From Candidatus Shapirobacteria bacterium (GTDB lineage: Bacteria; Patescibacteriota; Microgenomatia; UBA12405): a DNA stretch of 64,000 bases. How positions within the stretch are numbered: the stretch's first letter is position 1; the number at the start of each line of letters is the position of its first letter. This document shows positions 8,353 through 17,471 of this stretch, piece by piece. The position numbers and the translations under genes are program-made. The stretch is from contig JBAXAJ010000003.1 of the NCBI GenBank assembly GCA_037142555.1, forward strand, positions 13,589-77,588. The letters run 5' to 3'. Below the pieces are notes generated by a model. The model was given only the letters and a program-made list of their open reading frames with translations, did not search any database and was not told the DNA's origin.

Positions 8353-10047
8353 TTACATCTTTTCCACAGTTTCGATGCCTAGCAGTTTAAGTCCCGTCTT
8401 TAAAACACTAGCAGTAGTGTGAGTCAAAAATACTCTAAAGTTTTCTTGCTTTTCACCAATAATTCTGTTTTTAGCGTAAAATTCGTTATATTTTCTAGCC
8501 AAACTCAATAAATATTCAGCAATAACAGCAGGGGAATATCGAGTCGAACTTTCTATAATTTTTTCTTCAAATCTATAAAATTCTTTGATTAAAGCCATTT
8601 CATCTGGATTAACATCTTTTTGAATTTCATCAACATTCTTTTGTTCTTTAATTTGAGTCTTATTCAAAACACTCAAACATCTAGCATAGGTATATTGCAA
8701 ATATGGGCCCGAATCCCCTTCTAAACTCATAATTTTATCCCAGTCAAAAATCACATCTCTTCTAGGGTCACTCGATAAATCATTAAATTTTACTGCTCCA
8801 ATTGCCACCGCTTTAATTTGTTCTTGATTATTATCTGGAGCAATTTCTTTTGCTTTTTCCATTGCCTTATCAATCACATCAGACAAATGAATAGTGTCGC
8901 CCTTTCTAGTTGAAAACTTCCCAGTTGTCCATCTAATTAATCCATGAGCAATATGAACCATTCCTAACTTTGGCATCCAACCCATCAATTCAGCTGTTTT
9001 AAAAACTTGTCTAAAATGCAATTCTTGGTCAACTCCAACTTCATAAATTATTAAGTCTGGTTTCCAATTATCTAGTCTATATTTAATAGTTGCCATATCA
9101 CGAGTGAAATAAGTTGTTGTCCCGTTTGATTTTTGTAACATTGCTGGTGGCATGTCACCAAGTTCTACAATCAAGGCTCCTTCACTTTTTTTAGTTATCT
9201 TTTTATTAATAATTTCTTTAGTGATTTGAGGCAACATATCTTCGTAAAAAGATTCGCCATGGATATAATCAATTTTTACACCCAGAAGTTCATAAACTTT
9301 ATCAAATTCCCTAAATGAAATATTAATACATTTTTGCCAAATTTCTCGAGCTTCTTTGTCACCATTTTCTAGTTTTGCAAAATAGTCTCTGCCTTCATCA
9401 ATTAATTTTTCATCACTTTCAGCTTCTTTATGAAATTTAACATAGAGTTTTTCCAAATCTTCGATTGTTAAATCTTCTATTTTTTTATCATTCCATTTTT
9501 TAACAGCAGCCACTAATTTCCCATATTGAGTTCCCCAGTCACCAATGTGGTTATCACCAATGCACTTCCAACCTAAAATTTGATAAATATTATAAATAGC
9601 CTGACCAATATTAGTTGATCTTAAATGTCCAATTCCAAATGGCTTAGCAATGTTTGGAGCCGAATAATCAATAACCATTGTTTTATCTTTTCCATATTCA
9701 CTCAATTTATTTTTAAATTCAATTTCATAATTTAAAACTTCTGCTTCTTTAATCAAATATTCGGTTTCTAAATAAAAATTAATAAAACCAGCTCCAGCAA
9801 TTTCAATTTTTTCTATGTAGTCATTTTGTAAAATATTACTTTTAATTTTTTCAGCCAATTCTCTTGGGCTTTGCCCGCCGGAGCTTTTGCGTAGGCGGGT
9901 TGCCAACACCATAGCTATATTTGTTGAGTAATCACCAAAACTAACATCACTTGGATGTTCAATTTTAATTTCTTCTTCCTTTATATTAATGTCTAAAGCT
10001 TTAATACTTTTAATTAATATTTCTTTTAAATCTTTTACAATTTTCAT
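8353..10047 (-). CDS. argS: arginine--tRNA ligase
   Basis: FGDYSTN, IDYSAPNIAKPFGIGHLRST, HIGDWGTQ, GPYLQYTYAR. Confidence 0.97.
   Translation of the reverse strand: MKIVKDLKEILIKSIKALDINIKEEEIKIEHPSDVSFGDYSTNIAMVLATRLRKSSGGQSPRELAEKIKSNILQNDYIEKIEIAGAGFINFYLETEYLIKEAEVLNYEIEFKNKLSEYGKDKTMVIDYSAPNIAKPFGIGHLRSTNIGQAIYNIYQILGWKCIGDNHIGDWGTQYGKLVAAVKKWNDKKIEDLTIEDLEKLYVKFHKEAESDEKLIDEGRDYFAKLENGDKEAREIWQKCINISFREFDKVYELLGVKIDYIHGESFYEDMLPQITKEIINKKITKKSEGALIVELGDMPPAMLQKSNGTTTYFTRDMATIKYRLDNWKPDLIIYEVGVDQELHFRQVFKTAELMGWMPKLGMVHIAHGLIRWTTGKFSTRKGDTIHLSDVIDKAMEKAKEIAPDNNQEQIKAVAIGAVKFNDLSSDPRRDVIFDWDKIMSLEGDSGPYLQYTYARCLSVLNKTQIKEQKNVDEIQKDVNPDEMALIKEFYRFEEKIIESSTRYSPAVIAEYLLSLARKYNEFYAKNRIIGEKQENFRVFLTHTTASVLKTGLKLLGIETVEKM
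9873..9900. repeat. short palindromic element (GNA/GNA internal-loop hairpin), in-frame in argS
   Basis: CCCGCC-GGA-GC-TTTT-GC-GTA-GGCGGG; encodes TRLRKSSGGQ. Confidence 0.7.
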
Positions 10048-10048
10048 A

Positions 10049-10399
10049 TTAAAAAACTTTTGAACCATTAGGTAAATCTTTATCTAAAAATAATATAGAA
10101 ATAGTTTCAGCGGCCTCGGCCGCCGTAGCTTCAGCGGAGGCGGCGAAAATCATCGCTTCAGATTCTTCTCCCATAATTTTTCTAGGTTTTACATTAGTCA
10201 CAAAAACAGTTTTTTTGCCAATTAATTCTTCTGGATTATAAGATTTAGCAATTCCAGAAAAAATGACTCTTTCTTTTTCTTCACCAAAATCAACCACCAT
10301 TCTAATTAATTTATCTGATTCTTCAATCTTTTTAGCTTCCTTAATTTCTCCAACCATAAATTCCACTTTAGCAAAGTCATCATATTTAATTTGATCCAT
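10049..10399 (-). CDS. tRNA-binding OB-fold protein (MetRS C-terminal/Trbp111/CsaA-like)
   Basis: IKYDDFAKV, SDKL, FSGIA, NVKPRKIMGEESEAM. Confidence 0.88.
   Translation of the reverse strand: MDQIKYDDFAKVEFMVGEIKEAKKIEESDKLIRMVVDFGEEKERVIFSGIAKSYNPEELIGKKTVFVTNVKPRKIMGEESEAMIFAASAEATAAEAAETISILFLDKDLPNGSKVF
10119..10144. repeat. short palindromic element of the same family as in argS, in-frame
   Basis: GCCGCC-GTA-GC-TTCA-GC-GGA-GGCGGC; encodes AASAEATAA. Confidence 0.7.
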
Positions 10400-10445
10400 G
10401 GCTAATTCTATCAAAAAAAGAGTAATTTTGTGTTATCATTTCCTC

Positions 10446-11804
10446 ATGCAACTAGATACTTCTATATTCAAATCATATGACATTAGAGCTGTTTATCCAA
10501 CTCAAGCTGATGAAGAATTAGCTGAAAAAATAGGCAGGGGATTTGCTAAATATCTAAATTTTCCAAAAGAAGTTGTCGTTTCCCGAGATGGTCGAAGTTC
10601 AGGACTTTCAATGAAGAATGCCTTAATTAAGGGTTTAACAAGTGTTGGGGTTAACGTTCTTGATGTTGATTTAGCGTCAACTGACATGTTCTATTATGCT
10701 TGCCAAACTAAAGATCTCCCAGGAATTTCTGTCACTGCCAGTCATAATCCAAAAGAATACACTGGTTTCAAAATGGTCAAAAAAATCCCTGAACTCTTGT
10801 CTGGTGATGCTGGGATTAAAGAAATTAAAGAATACATTTTAAATAATGATTTACCTCAAGATGTTGCCACTCCTGGAACAATTAACACTCAAAATCTTTG
10901 GCAGGAATTTGTTGATTATGTTTTATCTTTAATAGACATTACTAAAATTAAAAATTTCAAAATTCATGCTGACACAGCCAATGGCATGGTCGGCCCATTT
11001 TTAGAATTACTTTCCCAAAAACTTCCAAGTATTGAATTTGTAAAAATGTTTTGGGACATTGATGGCAATTTCCCAAATCATGGTGGTGACCCACTTCAAG
11101 CCGAAAATAGAACAGAAATTCAAAGAAAAGTCCCAGCTGAGAATAGTGATTTAGGAATCATGTTTGATCCAGATGGTGACAGATTTTTTGTCATCGACAA
11201 GAAAGGTCGTTTCATCCCAGGTGATTTCATGACTGCCATTCTGGCTGAATACTTTATTAAACGATATCCTGGTTGTGGAATTGTCTATGACATTCGAGCT
11301 TCAAAAGTTGTTCCAGAAACAATCATTGCTTGTGGTGGAAAAGCTTTCGCTAATCGAGTCGGACATACTCATATTAAAGCCAGAATGAAACAAGAAAACG
11401 CCTATTTTGGTGGAGAAGTTTCAGGTCACTATTATTTTAAAGATTTCTTTTTATGTGACACCGGTCTAGTCACTTTTGCCTATCTTCTAGACTTTCTATC
11501 AACCACTGATAAAACATTAGAAACTATAATTGACGAAATGTTGGCTAAATATCATATTTCTGGAGAAATTAATTCCAAGGTTGCCAATGTCCCAGCTGTT
11601 TTAACAAAAATAGAAAACACTTATGGATCTCAAACAATTAGTCCAATTGAACGAATGGATGGTATGACTTTTGAAATGGGTGATTGGCGTTTCAATATTC
11701 GTTCATCTAACACCGAACCATTGCTAAGGTTAAACCTCGAAGCTAACACCGAAGAGCTCATGATTCAAAAACGAGATGAAGTTTTGTCTCTAATTAATTC
11801 CTAA
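10446..11804 (+). CDS. manB: phosphomannomutase/phosphoglucomutase
   Basis: FKSYDIR, TASHNP, DPDGDR, GEVSGH, RSSNTEP. Confidence 0.93.
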   Translation: MQLDTSIFKSYDIRAVYPTQADEELAEKIGRGFAKYLNFPKEVVVSRDGRSSGLSMKNALIKGLTSVGVNVLDVDLASTDMFYYACQTKDLPGISVTASHNPKEYTGFKMVKKIPELLSGDAGIKEIKEYILNNDLPQDVATPGTINTQNLWQEFVDYVLSLIDITKIKNFKIHADTANGMVGPFLELLSQKLPSIEFVKMFWDIDGNFPNHGGDPLQAENRTEIQRKVPAENSDLGIMFDPDGDRFFVIDKKGRFIPGDFMTAILAEYFIKRYPGCGIVYDIRASKVVPETIIACGGKAFANRVGHTHIKARMKQENAYFGGEVSGHYYFKDFFLCDTGLVTFAYLLDFLSTTDKTLETIIDEMLAKYHISGEINSKVANVPAVLTKIENTYGSQTISPIERMDGMTFEMGDWRFNIRSSNTEPLLRLNLEANTEELMIQKRDEVLSLINS

Positions 11805-11808
11805 TTTT

Positions 11809-12603
11809 ATGAAAGAAAATATTCAACCAACAACTGAAACAAAAAGCATTTTAAATATGAAAGATGTTTTGGATTGTTTTGAACTAAAATATAATCATCA
11901 AAATTTAAAAAACTTTGCTGAATTAATTAACAGTGGGTACACTCCATTAATTGTCAGTAATCATCAAAGCCACGCTGATGGTTTTCCAATAGCTCTACTT
12001 ACAGAAAAAATCACTGATTTAACTGATGAAAATTTCAATGCCTTTTATTTTCCAATAGCCGCTTCTATGGCCACTGGACACCAAAATGAACCCATGAAAA
12101 ATTATTTAGAAAAAGTTATTCCAGTTCTTGAATCAAAAAATCTCTATTTAATTCCAGTTACTCGAGAAAAAGATGAAAAAGAATATGGAATTAAAGACAA
12201 AAATTTTGAGAGTATTAAGAAATTATTATCAGCTTATAAACAAGGTTATGGTGTAATCTATTGTCCAGAAGGATCAGTCAGAGCTGGCAGAAACGATGGA
12301 AATGGTGGCATAAACGGCATGATTAATGTTGAAGAAAACAATTCCTTTGATGGCACTATTGAAAGATATCTTAAAAAAGATATTCCTTTTTGTGTTCTTC
12401 AAATAGCTATCAATGGCACTCATAAATTTTGTAATCCAGACACTTACAAAATAGAAATTCCAGATTCAAAAATAACTCTAACTGTTGCTGATGAAATTTT
12501 GACTAATGAAGATTTTGAAAATAAAAATATTAAGCCAACTGAATTAGTAATGCCAAAAATTGCCAAAATTTTACCTTTTGAAGCCAGAGGAATCCATAAA
12601 TGA
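11809..12603 (+). CDS. PlsC-like lysophospholipid acyltransferase family protein
   Basis: SNHQSHAD (HX4D) and PEGS motifs. Confidence 0.7.
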   Translation: MKENIQPTTETKSILNMKDVLDCFELKYNHQNLKNFAELINSGYTPLIVSNHQSHADGFPIALLTEKITDLTDENFNAFYFPIAASMATGHQNEPMKNYLEKVIPVLESKNLYLIPVTREKDEKEYGIKDKNFESIKKLLSAYKQGYGVIYCPEGSVRAGRNDGNGGINGMINVEENNSFDGTIERYLKKDIPFCVLQIAINGTHKFCNPDTYKIEIPDSKITLTVADEILTNEDFENKNIKPTELVMPKIAKILPFEARGIHK

Positions 12604-13802
12604 GCTATCAACCATCAAGCAAGATTCTAGATAATTACGCCGATGTTTTGGTTAACTTCGCTCTCAACAGTGGTAATGGTGTCAAAAAAGGTGAAGTAGT
12701 TTTTCTCCAAGTTCCCGAAAGTGCCAAGCCTCTTTTGATTTCTCTGCAAAGAGCTGTTCTAAAGGCTGGTGCTCATGCCATTATCCAATATATTCCAACC
12801 GGAATTTCTCGAGATTTTTTTGATTTAGCCAACGATGAACAAATCCAATTTTTTCCAACTTACTATACAAAAGGGAAAGTTAAACAAGCTGATCATTTCC
12901 TAGTTATTCTTGCCGAAACCGATCTCCATGAACTAGAAGGGGTTGACCCAAAAAAAATAATGGACAAAAGTTCAGCTTCTAAACCATATAAAGATTGGCG
13001 CGATGCGAAAGAAAATAAAGGCAAATTGACTTGGACTATCGGTCTCTATGCGACTCAAGCCTCAGCCAAAGAAGCTGGTCTAACTCTATATCAAGCGTGG
13101 CAACAAGTCATTAAAGCTTGTTACCTAGACCATTCAAACCCAGTTGAAAAGTGGCGTCAAATTAAAACTAAATCTGAATCTTTAATCAAAAAATTAAATA
13201 AACTAGAAATAACTAAAGTCAATATTAAAGCCAAAGACACTGATTTAGATATTGGTATTGGTGAAAATCGTCAATGGGTTGGTTGCAGTGGTCGCAACAT
13301 TCCTAGTTTTGAAATTTTTACTTCTCCAGACTGGCGTCAAACAAATGGTTACATTTCTTTTGATCAACCACTCTATAGACACGGCAATTTAATTAAAAAT
13401 ATTAAGCTGACTTTTAAAGACGGAATAGTTGTTGATTCCAAAGCTGGCTATGGTGAAAAGTTTTTAAAACAATTAATTCAAGTCAAAAATTCAGACAAAA
13501 TAGGGGAATTTTCTCTAACTGACAAACGCTTTTCTAAAATAAATAAATTTATGGCTGAAACTCTCTATGATGAAAATTTTGGTGGTGCTTTTGGTAACAC
13601 TCATATTGCTCTTGGTTCCTCTTTTAAAGAAACTTATTCTAAAAACATGAATAAATTAACACCAAAAGATTGGGAAGATTTAGGTTACAACGATTCAGCT
13701 GTTCACACTGACATCATTGCGACTAGTGACAGAACCATCAAAGCGACTCTCAAAAACGGCAAAGAAATAGTTCTCTATAAATCAGGCAAATTCCAGATTT
13801 AA
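12600..13802 (+). CDS. aminopeptidase, M29 family (AmpS/PepS)
   Basis: NIPSFEIFTSP, GEFSL, LYDEN, HIALG, SAVHTD. Confidence 0.92.
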   Translation: MSYQPSSKILDNYADVLVNFALNSGNGVKKGEVVFLQVPESAKPLLISLQRAVLKAGAHAIIQYIPTGISRDFFDLANDEQIQFFPTYYTKGKVKQADHFLVILAETDLHELEGVDPKKIMDKSSASKPYKDWRDAKENKGKLTWTIGLYATQASAKEAGLTLYQAWQQVIKACYLDHSNPVEKWRQIKTKSESLIKKLNKLEITKVNIKAKDTDLDIGIGENRQWVGCSGRNIPSFEIFTSPDWRQTNGYISFDQPLYRHGNLIKNIKLTFKDGIVVDSKAGYGEKFLKQLIQVKNSDKIGEFSLTDKRFSKINKFMAETLYDENFGGAFGNTHIALGSSFKETYSKNMNKLTPKDWEDLGYNDSAVHTDIIATSDRTIKATLKNGKEIVLYKSGKFQI

Positions 13803-13953
13803 TTATCCTATATTATTTATTTTACTACGCATTCATGCTATACTATTTCGTTGGAACGATTAAATTAAAATCAACGACGATTTTAAATTTAGTGGTCTAA
13901 TAAAAAAAAAAGAAGTACTTTAAAAAAAAACGACAGAGAGGAGGAAAAACTTC

Positions 13954-14319
13954 ATGGAAGAAAGTCTTATCCAGCTCGCAACAGAGAGAGGATTATCTAA
14001 ACTTGAAGAAAGCAATGGAATAACATATTTCATTGGAATAATCGAGTTTTATGACCCCACAAAAAAGTTTGGATTTACAAAAAATGAAAAAAATGGAAAG
14101 GAAGGAGTATATCTAGGTGGTAAAAACAGAAGGACCCCATTGATCCAAAACAGTCAACTTGAATTGGTGGAAAAAGTAGAAGAACCAGAAGAAAAAGAAA
14201 GGCCAATGAAAGATAATCTAGTTATTTGTGCTGTAGAATTTGGCATAAAAGGTAGATTGAAAGCAGCGTGTTGGTGCTTGAAAGAAGATTATCAAAAAGC
14301 AATTGAGAAAATCAAATGA
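13954..14319 (+). CDS. hypothetical protein with cold-shock/OB-fold-like motif
   Basis: GIIEFYDPTKKFGF resembles the CSD RNP-1 region; strong GGAGG SD. Confidence 0.6.
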   Translation: MEESLIQLATERGLSKLEESNGITYFIGIIEFYDPTKKFGFTKNEKNGKEGVYLGGKNRRTPLIQNSQLELVEKVEEPEEKERPMKDNLVICAVEFGIKGRLKAACWCLKEDYQKAIEKIK

Positions 14320-14341
14320 GAAAAAGGAGTAGTGGAAAAGT

Positions 14342-14665
14342 ATGAATATTTTTTGTAAACCAATCCAACAGTACGAACGTCCATTTTGTAATTCAGTTTG
14401 TTTTATTTCTATGAGGCAAGAACCTTCTTGTTACAAGTTAATGTGTGAAATAAGTTCAATAGAAGAAGGTCAAGAAATAATAGCAATTTTCGAACAAGGA
14501 GCAATAATTGCTTCAAAGCCAGGCCCTGGCGGAGAGTTAGTATTGAAAATTGCTGTCTCTGTCGAGAATAGTTGTTTAAATTATTTAACTAAGCTAATTA
14601 TTGAAAATGATAATTATATTAATAAACAAATAATTGAACAATGTCGTAAGGAATTTAAAGTATAA
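14342..14665 (+). CDS. hypothetical protein
   Basis: ORF with AAGGAG SD, followed by terminator. Confidence 0.6.
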   Translation: MNIFCKPIQQYERPFCNSVCFISMRQEPSCYKLMCEISSIEEGQEIIAIFEQGAIIASKPGPGGELVLKIAVSVENSCLNYLTKLIIENDNYINKQIIEQCRKEFKV

Positions 14666-14672
14666 GAATAAC

Positions 14673-14730
14673 GCACCGGTGTGTAAATTTAATTGTCATT
14701 TGACAACTATTTTTACCCCGGTGCTTTTTT
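14673..14730 (+). terminator. long intrinsic terminator
   Basis: GCACCGG...TTGTCA-tt-TGACAA...CCGGTGC followed by T6. Confidence 0.72.
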
Positions 14731-14747
14731 GTGTATAATATAAATCT

Positions 14748-15080
14748 ATGACAACAGAACTAAAAATCGAAGACATAAAAATTGGCACAGGCCAAGAAGT
14801 TAAAGCAGGTGACACTGTAATCATGGATTACTTAGGTACTCTTGAAGACGGTTCAAAATTTGACAGTTCCTATGATCGTGGTGTTCCTTTTGACACCAAA
14901 ATTGGAGTTGGTCGAGTCATCCAAGGTTGGGACAAAGGTGTTCCAGGGATGAAAGTTGGTGGTAAAAGAAAACTAACTATTCCATACCAAATGGCCTATG
15001 GTGAAAACGGAATTCCAGGAGTCATCCCACCAAAAGCAACTCTAATCTTTGAAGTTGAATTAATTGATATTGAAGAATAA
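14748..15080 (+). CDS. FKBP-type peptidyl-prolyl cis-trans isomerase
   Basis: FDSSYDRG, VIQGWD, AYG, IPPKATLIFEVEL. Confidence 0.96.
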   Translation: MTTELKIEDIKIGTGQEVKAGDTVIMDYLGTLEDGSKFDSSYDRGVPFDTKIGVGRVIQGWDKGVPGMKVGGKRKLTIPYQMAYGENGIPGVIPPKATLIFEVELIDIEE

Positions 15081-15082
15081 AA

Positions 15083-15733
15083 TCACCATTTTACTGGCTC
15101 AATATTATTAGTAATCAAATAATCGTTACATTTAGAAAAGGGCTTTGATCCAAAAAATCCATTATGAGCCGAGAGGGGAGATGGATGAGCTGATTTAATA
15201 ACCAGATGTTTTGATTCATCAATCACTAGTCCTTTTTTTTGAGCATAATTCCCCCATAAAATAAAAACCAATTTCTCTTTTCTGTCGGATAATGTTTTAA
15301 TAACCGCATCAGTGAATTCTTCCCAACCTTTTTTCTGATGTGAAGCCGCCATATGAGCTCTGACTGTCAAAGTTGCATTAAGCAACAATACTCCCTGATT
15401 TGGCCAATTGTCTATGTTTCCATCAACACCAAAATCACTTTTAATTTCTTTGTAAATATTAACCAAAGATGGTGGCAGTGTCACTCCTCTGTTCACAGCG
15501 AAAGCCAATCCATTAGCCTGATTTGGCCCATGATATGGGTCTTGTCCCAAGATTACTACTTTAACTTTATCAAAAGGAGTCATCTCAAAAGCATTAAAAA
15601 TAAACTTAGCACTAGGATATATTTCTGTTACCTTATATTCAGATCTGACAAACTCAGCTAATTTAACGAAATAATCTTTACTAAATTCAGCTTCTAATTC
15701 TTTTTTCCAAGATTCTTCAATTCTAACTTCCAT
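15083..15733 (-). CDS. ung: uracil-DNA glycosylase (family 1)
   Basis: GQDPYH, PPSL, GVLLLN, HPSPLS. Confidence 0.97.
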   Translation of the reverse strand: MEVRIEESWKKELEAEFSKDYFVKLAEFVRSEYKVTEIYPSAKFIFNAFEMTPFDKVKVVILGQDPYHGPNQANGLAFAVNRGVTLPPSLVNIYKEIKSDFGVDGNIDNWPNQGVLLLNATLTVRAHMAASHQKKGWEEFTDAVIKTLSDRKEKLVFILWGNYAQKKGLVIDESKHLVIKSAHPSPLSAHNGFFGSKPFSKCNDYLITNNIEPVKW

Positions 15734-16307
15734 TTGTTTTGACCCCAGATTTAATAAAACAATCTATCAATAAATCTGTTGGTAAACCATTAAGTCCAGT
15801 AAATGACCCTTCCAGATATTTCAAAAAAGTTGTCTGGTAAAGATAAAGAGGCGAAATAGCCCCTGACCATTGTAAAACATTATTATTGTTCACAAAATGA
15901 TTAATTTCTTGATCAGTAATTTGTCTAAGATTAAAACGGGAAACAGAAGTTGTTGAAAAATCAATTTTGTTTTTTTTATCAATATAACAAAAACCAGTGT
16001 AAACAACAGATTGGTTTTCCATTTGTAGTTTCAACATTTCTTTTGCTTCATCATTATTTTCTGGTTTTTCCAAAACTTTTCCATTACAAACCACAAAACT
16101 ATCAGCTGCAATTATTATGCCATCATTTTCTTTTGCCACAATTTCCGCCTTAAGCCTAGCAATTTTTTCAGCTCTAATTGCATAATCACTGTCTCTTATT
16201 GATTTCTCATCAGCATCAGCTGGAATAACCACATAAGGGACGCCAAAAACATCCATTATTAATTTTCTCTGTTTTGAAGCAGAAGCTAATATTATTTTTT
16301 GTTCCAT
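15723..16307 (-). CDS. maf: Maf family nucleotide pyrophosphatase
   Basis: IILASAS..R, LKA, IAADS, LEKP, GLP. Confidence 0.88.
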   Translation of the reverse strand: MEQKIILASASKQRKLIMDVFGVPYVVIPADADEKSIRDSDYAIRAEKIARLKAEIVAKENDGIIIAADSFVVCNGKVLEKPENNDEAKEMLKLQMENQSVVYTGFCYIDKKNKIDFSTTSVSRFNLRQITDQEINHFVNNNNVLQWSGAISPLYLYQTTFLKYLEGSFTGLNGLPTDLLIDCFIKSGVKTNGS

Positions 16308-16338
16308 ATTGTATTTCTATTATAAAACATTCAAGGAA

Positions 16339-16394
16339 GATATTCTAAGCCTGATAAACCCTGTTCAATCACTCCCGTATAGAAAATAGAACTA
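16339..16394. repeat. ~56-bp direct repeat, copy 1
   Basis: About 8 differences from the copy at 17388-17444. Confidence 0.85.
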
Positions 16395-17270
16395 TTATTT
16401 CTTTGTTACCAAATAAGCTCCTACAAAAGCGACAATCGCACCGATAATATATTCAATAGATAGTTTTTCACCCAACAACAATATTGACCAAAAGAAAGTA
16501 AATATTGGCTGAAGATAAAAAACCATTGAAGTTATAATTGGTGAAGCTTTCTTGATTGTGTGTTGATATAAAAGAAAATAACCAGCTGTACCTAAAATTC
16601 CAACATACAAAACACTCAAAATAACAGGCATTGATAAATTTGAAACAATATTTGGGATATTAGGAACAGTTGCAAAGGCGATAAGTCCTTGGACAATTAT
16701 TGTTAATGCTACAAAAGTAGTTGTAATAAAAATAGGTGATGAACTTTTCTGTAGGTCTTTAGAAAAAACAGTGTAAAAAGAATATGCAATAACAGCAACT
16801 AATACAAGTAAATTCCCCCATATAGTATTTTCTCCACTTACAGAGTGTGTAAGGAATGGGACTAAAATAATAACTGAAACACCTAAAAATCCAAGAACTA
16901 TGCCAGTGATCTTAGTTTTAGATAATTTCTCTTTATAAAAAAAACTAGTTATTAAGGCAACAATAATTGGAACAGCCGCATATAATATTTGAGCTACAGT
17001 TGCTATGGATTTTCTAATTCCCATTGCAAAAAAGGTCACATTTACGACTGCTAAAACAGAAACTAGTAAAGTTTTAATTAAAGTATTTTTATTTATTTTT
17101 TCTTTCTTATATAAAAATATAGGAAATATAAATAACCCAGCGGCAACAAATCTAAGAGCAATAAATAGTGGAGTGGTAAGTTCGTTAAGGGCAATTTTGG
17201 TAAAAGGTGAAATTCCTCCACCAAGAAAGGCAACTATTATTACTAAAATGATTGGGATATAACTACTCAT
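16395..17270 (-). CDS. EamA/DMT family transporter
   Basis: About 10 TM segments, two EamA repeats, LRF, YLQPIF..LLLGE. Confidence 0.92.
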   Translation of the reverse strand: MSSYIPIILVIIVAFLGGGISPFTKIALNELTTPLFIALRFVAAGLFIFPIFLYKKEKINKNTLIKTLLVSVLAVVNVTFFAMGIRKSIATVAQILYAAVPIIVALITSFFYKEKLSKTKITGIVLGFLGVSVIILVPFLTHSVSGENTIWGNLLVLVAVIAYSFYTVFSKDLQKSSSPIFITTTFVALTIIVQGLIAFATVPNIPNIVSNLSMPVILSVLYVGILGTAGYFLLYQHTIKKASPIITSMVFYLQPIFTFFWSILLLGEKLSIEYIIGAIVAFVGAYLVTKK

Positions 17271-17387
17271 TGATATTAGTATATCAACGTTTATTTTAAT
17301 TACTGATTCTAAACTGTGACCCCAGACCTACCGCAAGGGAACCAAATCATCAATGAACTTATTTTCTACTTCAAAATCTTTGCTGAT

Positions 17388-17444
17388 GATATTTCCAGCC
17401 TAATAAATCCTGTTCAATTACTCCCCGTATAGAGAATAGAACTA
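17388..17444. repeat. ~57-bp direct repeat, copy 2
   Basis: AGCCT(A/G)ATAAA(T/C)CCTGTTCAAT(T/C)ACTCCC(C)GTATAGA(G/A)AATAGAACTA. Confidence 0.85.
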
Positions 17445-17471
17445 AATAATAATATTTTGTTAAAATTAATT

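Noticed and set aside
17316-17344. TGTGACCCCAG...CCGCAAGG as a relic tRNA-Glu 3' end with a small hairpin
   Set aside because: The match to the tRNA end (TGTGACTC) is only 7-8 nt, too short to support.
16339-17444. Known riboswitch (yybP-ykoY, guanidine-II, preQ1) or integron attC for the direct repeat
   Set aside because: Only a GGGAGT fragment matches; other conserved elements, RYYYAAC/GTTRRRY boxes and an integrase are absent.
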